Source: Thermoplasmata archaeon (GTDB lineage Archaea; Thermoplasmatota; Penumbrarchaeia; Penumbrarchaeales; Penumbrarchaeaceae). Taken from it: a stretch of DNA of 25,530 nucleotides. Location of the stretch: contig JAGLEG010000100.1 in NCBI GenBank assembly GCA_023145185.1, forward strand, positions 1 through 25,530. Reading direction: 5' to 3'. Within the stretch, counting starts at the first letter, position 1, and each line of letters starts with the position of its first letter. The position numbers were made by a program, and so were the translations under genes. Shown piece by piece: positions 8,799 to 15,295 of the stretch. The notes under the pieces were generated by a model. It had not been told where the DNA came from. It did not search any database and worked only from the letters and a program-made list of their open reading frames with translations.

Positions 8799-9680
8799 AT
8801 GGGCACCATCAAGGTGGGAACATCCGGTTGGTCCCATGATGATTGGGTGGGCACTTTCTATCCTGCGGGAATGAAAAGGTCTGAGCTTCTGAGATATTAT
8901 TTTGCATCGTTCGATACCCTTGAGATAAACTCCACCTATCACAGCACACCAGACCGGGAGGAGATCGAGGTATGGATAGATGCTGCTCGCTCCCGTGACA
9001 ACGGAGACATATCGATAAAACTGCCTGCAGTGGCCTCGCGGGACGCCGCCATGAAGGAGGACCCCGCGGAGCTCCTTGAGATACTTCACGACTTTGGAAC
9101 GCGTGTCCTTGAGCCCCTGGACGATTCTGGGGTCCTGGGGGGCGTGCTATTTCAGGCGTCACCGTCCTTCTTCGTTCGCGGCGATACCACCTACCCTTCA
9201 AAGAGGGAGCACAAGGTCCCGGTCCCGAAATACATCTACGGGGAGGGCCGACTCAGGGAGCTGCTTGAGGTACTTCGCTCCCTCCCTGGAAAGCCGGCAC
9301 TCGAGCTGCGGAACAGCTCGTGGATCGCGGAGGATATCTCACTGGTGGACGAGGGGCGAAAGGTCCTGAGGGAGCATGGGGCCGCTCTTGTCGTAGTCGA
9401 TGCCCCCTCGTTCCCATGGATCGTGGACCATCTGAGCGATCAGTTCTACGTTCGATTTCACGGACGCAACCGCTCCGCCTGGTACAGGGACCTGGATGGC
9501 ACCTCCTCCGGTAAATACGAATACAGATACACGACCATGGAGCTGAAAGAGAGGGTCGTATCCATACGCAAGATGGCAGCCCTGGGAGATGTCAATGTGA
9601 TATTCAACAACCATCCGGGGGGAAGCGCACCATTGAATGCGCTGGAGATGAAGGAGCTGCTTGGAACGTATGACGGTTAA
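8799..9680 (+). CDS. DUF72 (YecE-like) TIM-barrel protein
   Basis: IKVGTSGWSHDDWVGTFYP, FDTLEINSTYH, GVLFQASPSF, ALELRNSSW, VVVDAP, YVRFHGRN, YEYRY and VIFNNHPGGSAPLNA. Confidence 0.93.
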   Translation: MGTIKVGTSGWSHDDWVGTFYPAGMKRSELLRYYFASFDTLEINSTYHSTPDREEIEVWIDAARSRDNGDISIKLPAVASRDAAMKEDPAELLEILHDFGTRVLEPLDDSGVLGGVLFQASPSFFVRGDTTYPSKREHKVPVPKYIYGEGRLRELLEVLRSLPGKPALELRNSSWIAEDISLVDEGRKVLREHGAALVVVDAPSFPWIVDHLSDQFYVRFHGRNRSAWYRDLDGTSSGKYEYRYTTMELKERVVSIRKMAALGDVNVIFNNHPGGSAPLNALEMKELLGTYDG

Positions 9681-9751
9681 GGTTCCGTACTCCCGTACCG
9701 GGAAAATGTTAATCACAAGAGGACATATCCATTTATCATCGGTGAGATCAG

Positions 9752-10768
9752 ATGCAACCTGGAGTTGAGGCTGAATATCAATTTCCCCACGAGGGGGTAT
9801 CCGTTCGATGTGAGCTGTGCCCCAATTCGTGCATTATCCCGGACGGAGGCAGGGGGATATGCTCCGTGAGGGTGAACCGTGGGGGGGCCCTCTTCGCTGA
9901 TGGGTACGGGATATACCCCGCCGTGCACATGGACCCGATAGAGAAGAAACCTCTCAACCATTTCCTGCCAGGCAGCTCCATATTGTCGGTAGGGTCCGTG
10001 GGGTGCAACCTGCGATGTCTGCACTGCCAGAACCACAGCCTCGCAAGGGGATCACCATTGGGATTGGAGGATAGCAGGATCCCTCCCGGGGAGATGGTGG
10101 GGATCTCCATGAAAAGGGGATCTGTCGGGATCGCGTTCACCTACAACGAGCCCACCATAAACTTCGAGTACCTCATGGACGTGCTTCCCGACCTGAGGGG
10201 ATCGGGAGCACGCGTGGTGATGGTTACTAACGGACACCTCTCCCCGGAGCCCTGGAAGAGGGTAATGTCCATGACCGATGGTGCCAACATAGATGTCAAG
10301 GGGTTCACCGAGGAGTTCTACAGGGATGTGACAGGAGGCAGCCTTCGGTCGGTCCTCGAGAACGTCAGGGCGGCCTTTGATATGGGCGTTCACGTGGAGC
10401 TGACGTACCTCGTGATACCCGGAAGGAACGATGACGGCGATCAGGTGGCCGGTTTTCTGCAGTGGGTCAGGGATCACCTCTCGACCTCCGTACCTCTCCA
10501 TTTTACAAGGTTCCATCCCGACCACAGGATGACCGATGTACCTCCCACCCCGGTAAAGACCCTGGAGAGGATCCGTGGGGAGGCGGTGGATTCGGGGCAC
10601 GAACACGTGTATATTGGAAACGCATGGGGCGACGGTTTCAACGATACCAACTGTCCCGGATGCGGGAAGGTCCTGATCAACAGGGATGGATACTCCACCC
10701 GGGTAAAAGGGTTCAAGAATGGTATTTGCAGTAGCTGTAAAAGGGAGATATATGGGGTGTGGAAATAG
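9752..10768 (+). CDS. amrS: AmmeMemoRadiSam-system radical SAM enzyme (PFL-activating-enzyme-like)
   Basis: N-terminal CELCPNSC...GICSVR, DPIEKKPLNHFLPG, GCNLRCLHCQN, IAFTYNEP, NIDVKGF, HVELTYLVIPG, PLHFTRFHP, and a C-terminal Zn ribbon CPGC...CSSC. GGTGA RBS at 9741-9745. Confidence 0.9.
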   Translation: MQPGVEAEYQFPHEGVSVRCELCPNSCIIPDGGRGICSVRVNRGGALFADGYGIYPAVHMDPIEKKPLNHFLPGSSILSVGSVGCNLRCLHCQNHSLARGSPLGLEDSRIPPGEMVGISMKRGSVGIAFTYNEPTINFEYLMDVLPDLRGSGARVVMVTNGHLSPEPWKRVMSMTDGANIDVKGFTEEFYRDVTGGSLRSVLENVRAAFDMGVHVELTYLVIPGRNDDGDQVAGFLQWVRDHLSTSVPLHFTRFHPDHRMTDVPPTPVKTLERIRGEAVDSGHEHVYIGNAWGDGFNDTNCPGCGKVLINRDGYSTRVKGFKNGICSSCKREIYGVWK

Positions 10769-11691
10769 TGTCATTGTTCCTGATCAGATATGCGGAGATA
10801 GGCCTCAAGAGCGACCGGGTGAGACGGCGGTTCATAAACAGGCTGAAGGAGGACATAGAGAACAACCTCATGGAAAACAACGTCGACCACATAGTGGAGG
10901 AGGAGAGGGGGAGGGTGTTCGTCGAGACCTCTGACCCCGATGCCACCGCGGCGGTCCTGAGGACTATCAACGGCATACACTCCTTCAGCCTGGTGGAACC
11001 CTGCTCATCCTCATGGGATGGGATCATGGAATGTTTGAAAAAGGTGGGAGAGGAGAACATCTCGGAGAACATGACCTTCGGCCTCAAGGTGAAGAGGGTG
11101 GGCAAACACCCCTATTCCAGTCAGGATATCGCCATCAACGGCGGGTCGGCGGTCCTTTCGCACCTTCCAGAAGGCGTCAATTCCGTTGATCTCAGGGATC
11201 CAGATGTCTGGTTCGAGGTGGAGATAAGGTCTAAAATGGCCTATATTTTCACGGCCCGTATACGGGGTAAGGGGGGAATGCCATCCTCCACCCAGGGCCG
11301 GTCCATCCTCTACCTTCCCGGGATCGGAGATATGGATGAGATGGAAAGGGAGAGGATCAACCTGAGGGTCCGCATCTCAAGGCTTCTGATGGAGCGGAGG
11401 GGGGTCAAGGTCATACCCTGCTGCTGGAAGGTGGACCTCGATCCCTGGATCGACCTGATGGCCGACACCCACGGGGAGAGGCCGTTCTATATCGAGGGAG
11501 AGGACCTGGAGGGCGCCTTGATGGCGACCCTGATCAAGCTGGATGCCCGGGCGGTGATATATCCAGTCCCTCTCGATGGGATCTCCTCGTATCCTCTCCT
11601 TCACGACAAGGGGGGATCGGTCGCCTCCTTCTTTCCCACCGCCGTCATGGATGATGATGAGCTGGAGACCTGGGCCGTTTTCTTCGGGTGA
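10768..11691 (+). CDS. THUMP-domain protein derived from ThiI, with degenerate PP-loop catalytic domain
   Basis: ThiI N-terminus (LIRYAEIGLKS..RRRF), THUMP core (TFGLKVKRVGKH, VDLRDPD, VEIR) and linker GKGGMPSSTQGR. The SGGIDS PP-loop is replaced by LPGIGDMD. GTG 10768 overlaps the amrS TAG (alternative start GTG 10759). Confidence 0.8.
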   Translation: MSLFLIRYAEIGLKSDRVRRRFINRLKEDIENNLMENNVDHIVEEERGRVFVETSDPDATAAVLRTINGIHSFSLVEPCSSSWDGIMECLKKVGEENISENMTFGLKVKRVGKHPYSSQDIAINGGSAVLSHLPEGVNSVDLRDPDVWFEVEIRSKMAYIFTARIRGKGGMPSSTQGRSILYLPGIGDMDEMERERINLRVRISRLLMERRGVKVIPCCWKVDLDPWIDLMADTHGERPFYIEGEDLEGALMATLIKLDARAVIYPVPLDGISSYPLLHDKGGSVASFFPTAVMDDDELETWAVFFG

Positions 11692-11717
11692 GGTCTAACG
11701 GCGTTTAAATAAAATAC

Positions 11718-11724
11718 TTATATA
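11718..11724 (+). promoter_or_regulatory. TATA box (TTATATA) with A-rich BRE-like upstream sequence
   Basis: AAAATACTTATATAG in an AT-rich gap; predicts a transcription start near 11745-11750. Confidence 0.55.
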
Positions 11725-11745
11725 GTAAAAGCTTACAATGACATT

Positions 11746-11831
11746 GGTAGGTGTGTGGCATCACCGAGACCTTCTACCTCGGGATGCGGAGATAAGGCCG
11801 CTGCCTCTTAGATGTGATCCACACGGGGTGA
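11746..11831 (+). promoter_or_regulatory. Putative structured 5' leader RNA (three-way junction abutting the RBS)
   Basis: P1 GTGTG(G) 11753-11758 / (C)CACAC 11819-11824; P2 GCATC-a-CCGAG 11758-11768 / CTCGG-GATGC 11778-11787; weak P3 AGA-taa-GGC / GCC-TCT. GGGGTGA RBS follows at 11825-11831. Confidence 0.4.
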
Positions 11832-11836
11832 TTTGG

Positions 11837-12700
11837 ATGGTAAGAGCTCTATTTGATAGATTGTTCGGAAGGAAAAAGGCCCGGAGAAGGGAGTATCAGG
11901 ACTACCTCCAGGAGGATCATTCTCCTGTGGACGAAGGGGGATACGACGATGAGAACCTCCTGATAGATCACAGGTTCCATTTCATGTCAACAGGTGACTA
12001 CGAGAGGAACATGGACAGGATGGCGTACAGGGTCACCCTGGAGAACACCACGGAATATCCGCTTGGAAACCTGAGGGCCGAGTTCCATGAGGGCAGTAAA
12101 CTTGGAAGTTTCGGCAAGGTAAATGTATCACAGGCAATGGTGGACCCGGGTGACAAGGCGGAGATAGAGGTCCAATTCGAGCCACGGTATGTCGGGGGGA
12201 AGGAGTCCTTTCATTTCGACCTGCTGTTCTTTGACTTCAAGTACAGGGTGGAGGAGCGGATCTCACTGGATACCGAACCGATAAAGGTGACCGTCCCGAA
12301 ATTCACCCCTCTGGATCTGGACGAGGACGGCTACAGGATCCTCACGTCAAACCTGTATCGATGGGCTTTCGAGACCGATATCATGAAGATACCTCCAAAA
12401 ACGCTGTTCGGCTCATTGGATGCCAGATTGGGGAAGATCGGCTTCGAGGTTGCCGACGAGATCGTCAACGATGCCATCTTCCGCGGGATCAAGAGATTTG
12501 TGGCGACGGACAAGAAAGGTAGAAAGTGGGCGGTTCAGGTCCAGGTGATCGGCGAAGGGAAGAACTCCAAGCTTCTCATGTACACCTTTGGGGAGAGGCC
12601 CCAGTTCGCCTACAACCTGACAACCAAGGTCCTGCTCAAGCTCCCCGAGAGGGAGATACTGCTCGGGTCCATGTTCTCGGGGGAGATGGAAAAGGATTGA
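11837..12700 (+). CDS. Hypothetical protein resembling an adaptin/coatomer appendage (Ig-like sandwich + platform) domain, about 287 aa
   Basis: The ORF is well supported (GGGGTGA RBS 5 nt before ATG 11837; track start 11738 is probably overextended). The fold call is a by-eye similarity to AP-2 alpha and beta-COP appendages (see findings). Confidence 0.55.
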   Translation: [287 protein letters not shown]

Positions 12701-12797
12701 GCATGCCTGCGAAATTAATTATATCTGTTTTGTCATTTACACATGCTTCCATGGGGAATGAGGTTTCCATGGAGTATAGCGGGTTGGAGGTATAGCG

Positions 12798-13745
12798 ATG
12801 TCACCATCTTTGTTCAAGAAATCCGGTGCGGCGGCCATCAAGTTCATGGAGGCCAACAAGCAGGAGATCAACAACTACTCGCAGATGCTTGCGGGTATTG
12901 GATATGCCCTCGTGGGCACCCCCATTGAGTTCAGGGCGGCTATGAGTATCTCCGGCCTCAGGGACAGCGCAAAGAAATACGCCCACGAGAACGGGTGTTC
13001 TCTTGTCGTCGAGGTGAAGGACCCAAATCCGATGGCCAATCCCTTCAACCCCTACAAGTATTACCTCTATCAGTACCAGGGGTCACCGCCTCTGCCCGAT
13101 CCCATGGAACCCCCATCCAAGGGGGGCGGTGGGGTTGCAGCCGCCGGGCAGGCTCAACAGGTGGCCGCTTTCATATGCCCTTACTGCCAGAAACAGTTCA
13201 ACGCCTACGTCCAACCAGGTCCGAACACCATCACCTGCACGGGGTGCCGTGGACAGAGTATGGTGGAGATGCCTGCTGCAGGTGCGGCAGTGGGTGCTGC
13301 GAACCAATCCTCCGATCAACTGGCCCAGATCAAATTAAGTGGGGGGTACACGACCGTTGAGGAGATGGTCGTGGATTGCTGTGAGGCGCTGGGGAAGATA
13401 ATGATGGTCGAGGGCAACCCCATCGAGTTCGAGGACACAGGTGAGTTCCTGTATCCATTTATCCTCATGAAACAACATGGCTATCAGCATATCGGCTTCC
13501 GCAAAATGGACCTGTATCTGGTCAGGGAGGCAACCCACGATTACAAGGTCTTCGGGAGCGAGGTACACACGCAGTCCCAGGCGTCCATCAATCCACTCAG
13601 GGACGATCTCTTCGCGATAAAGGTGCTGGGAGGCCTTCATTACATGGTCCTGGAGGAGTTCAAGAAACTGGAGGACGATCAGAAACGTGACATCTCCACC
13701 GCCTTCTACGAGTTCCTGACCCGGTATATCTCCGTATCCTCATGA
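12798..13745 (+). CDS. Multidomain hypothetical protein: small N-terminal domain, Pro/Gly/Ala/Gln linkers, central Zn ribbon, C-terminal globular domain
   Basis: CPYC-x16-CTGC flanked by low-complexity linkers (PPLPDPMEPPSKGGGGVAAAGQAQQ; PAAGAAVGAANQSS); GGAGGT RBS at 12786-12791. Confidence 0.8.
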   Translation: MSPSLFKKSGAAAIKFMEANKQEINNYSQMLAGIGYALVGTPIEFRAAMSISGLRDSAKKYAHENGCSLVVEVKDPNPMANPFNPYKYYLYQYQGSPPLPDPMEPPSKGGGGVAAAGQAQQVAAFICPYCQKQFNAYVQPGPNTITCTGCRGQSMVEMPAAGAAVGAANQSSDQLAQIKLSGGYTTVEEMVVDCCEALGKIMMVEGNPIEFEDTGEFLYPFILMKQHGYQHIGFRKMDLYLVREATHDYKVFGSEVHTQSQASINPLRDDLFAIKVLGGLHYMVLEEFKKLEDDQKRDISTAFYEFLTRYISVSS

Positions 13746-13770
13746 ACATCTGATCCTGTAGATACTCACC

Positions 13771-13776
13771 TTTAAG
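13771..13776 (+). promoter_or_regulatory. TATA-like box TTTAAG for a probably leaderless folD transcript
   Basis: Lies 24-29 nt upstream of ATG 13800, which has no RBS. Confidence 0.4.
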
Positions 13777-13799
13777 TGTCAGTTTGCGGATTCTCCCCC

Positions 13800-14702
13800 A
13801 TGGAGAGGCTGTTGGGGAAGCCCGTTGCAGAAAGGGTTCTTAATGAGATAGCAGGGCTGTTGGACCCATCGGACCCGCCAAAGCTCGTAATATATTTGAT
13901 AGGGTCCCACCCCTCATCGGAGATCTATGCCAGGTCCAAGGTAAGAAAAGGAGAGGGCATAGGCATCAGGACAGAGGTCCGGAAGCTCTCGCCCGATATA
14001 TCTCCCGAGGAGGTCAGGGCACTTATCCTTGTGGATGGCGGGTCCGACGGGGTGGACGGCATAATGATCGAGAGCCCGCTGCCGGGGGGACTGGACATGT
14101 CCGACCTGGTCGGTGCGATCCCCCCCGAAAAAGATGTGGAGGGGGTGACGTGCGAGAACTACGGCCTGATGTCCCTTGGCCAGCCTCGTTTCATCCCACC
14201 CACGCCGCTAGGCGCCCTACTTGTAATGCTCCACTACGGTATAGATGTGAATGGAAAGGATGTTGTGGTGGTGGGGAGGGGAAGGAATGTGGGCAGGCCA
14301 CTTTCCACCCTGCTTTCGATGAAAACGGAATGGGGAAACGGCACGGTCACCCTGGCGCACTCGGGAACGGCGGACCTCGGGTCAGTGACCCGCCGCGCGG
14401 ACGTCATCTTCACGGGTGTGGGCAGGGAGGGGTTGATAGGCAGAAATATGGTCAAGAAGGGGGCGGTGGTGATCGACATGGGGATAAATGCTGTTGATTC
14501 GGGTATCGTTGGGGACGTCGACGTGGACTCCCTGGATGGGTGGGCTTCCATGGTAACCCCGACACCCGGTGGAACAGGCCCCGTCACGGTCTCCGCAATA
14601 TTCCTGAACCTCATGATGGCCAGCATGATGCGGAGGTCCCTGGACCTCTCGTTCAACGATAAGATCATCCAGGCCCTTTACGGGCAGAGGAGGTCACCAT
14701 GA
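13800..14702 (+). CDS. folD: Bifunctional methylene-THF dehydrogenase / methenyl-THF cyclohydrolase
   Basis: LLGKPVA, SEIYARSK (YxxxK), VDGIMIESPLP, IPPEKDVEG, FIPPTPLG, VVVVGRGRNVGRPL, VIDMGIN, VGDVD and TPTPGGTGPVTV. ATG 13800 preferred over the track's 13776. Confidence 0.95.
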   Translation: MERLLGKPVAERVLNEIAGLLDPSDPPKLVIYLIGSHPSSEIYARSKVRKGEGIGIRTEVRKLSPDISPEEVRALILVDGGSDGVDGIMIESPLPGGLDMSDLVGAIPPEKDVEGVTCENYGLMSLGQPRFIPPTPLGALLVMLHYGIDVNGKDVVVVGRGRNVGRPLSTLLSMKTEWGNGTVTLAHSGTADLGSVTRRADVIFTGVGREGLIGRNMVKKGAVVIDMGINAVDSGIVGDVDVDSLDGWASMVTPTPGGTGPVTVSAIFLNLMMASMMRRSLDLSFNDKIIQALYGQRRSP

Positions 14703-15172
14703 TGAAGGTCGTAAGATGTATTGAATGTGGCCACGTTACCTTCGAGCTGTGGAAGGGGCTGGACCGCTGTCCCGAATGCTCCGGTGATATCGAACAAATT
14801 GAGGAGGATATGGGCCCGAGGGAGAGGATCCCAAGGGTCCTCAAGATGGGTGGGATACTGCTCGTAATGGTGGCTCTGGTGCTCATAGTGTTCAACAGTT
14901 TCAACGGATCGGTTCCGGAATCCCTTCTCCGCACTGCTTTTGTTATCCTCCTGGTCGCCATACTATTTCTGGGCATCTCCCTTGCATATGTGTACGTCCT
15001 GTCCAGGGAGGCCTGTGTCAAGGTACAGGGGGAGGCCCCGCCTCCAAAAAGAAGGAGAGGGAGTGCGCTCAACCGGGGTACAGGGCCCAGGCGAGGGGGT
15101 CAAAGGGATGAGGTCGTTACGGGCGGAATGCCCAGGTCCAGGGGGACCAAGATACTGCCCGAGAGGAAATAA
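14699..15172 (+). CDS. Small membrane protein: N-terminal Zn ribbon, two TM helices, basic disordered tail
   Basis: CIEC-x13-CPEC, two hydrophobic segments (GGILLVMVALVLIVF; AFVILLVAILFLGISLAYVYVL) and an Arg/Gly/Pro-rich C-terminus; ATGA overlap with folD. Confidence 0.8.
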   Translation: MMKVVRCIECGHVTFELWKGLDRCPECSGDIEQIEEDMGPRERIPRVLKMGGILLVMVALVLIVFNSFNGSVPESLLRTAFVILLVAILFLGISLAYVYVLSREACVKVQGEAPPPKRRRGSALNRGTGPRRGGQRDEVVTGGMPRSRGTKILPERK

Positions 15173-15243
15173 CTCCTGCAGAGATAGCTTCGCCCCATCG
15201 GGCCCATGAATAAATAGTTATTAATAATGAAGGCTTATTCCCC

Positions 15244-15270
15244 ATCGACTTCTACTGTGTAGAGGTCGAT
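15244..15270. promoter_or_regulatory. 27-bp near-perfect inverted repeat upstream of hppA (operator or 5'-terminal hairpin)
   Basis: ATCGACTTCTAC-TGT-GTAGAGGTCGAT, 11/12 Watson-Crick pairs plus one G-U; about 20 nt downstream of TTATTAA (15218-15224). Confidence 0.5.
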
Positions 15271-15295
15271 AAATAATATGATCTGGTGATATCCC

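Noticed and set aside
10052-10774. 240-aa minus-strand ORF
   Set aside because: Antisense shadow of amrS.
11738-11836. 33-aa N-terminal extension of the ear-like ORF given in the track
   Set aside because: A good GGGGTGA RBS precedes ATG 11837, and ATG 11738 is too close to the best TATA box; it cannot be fully excluded because a second TTTAAA lies at 11704-11709.
15249-15263. TTCTACTGTGTAGA, resembling the Cas12a direct-repeat stem
   Set aside because: Single copy, different loop length and flanks, part of a larger palindrome, no array or cas gene.
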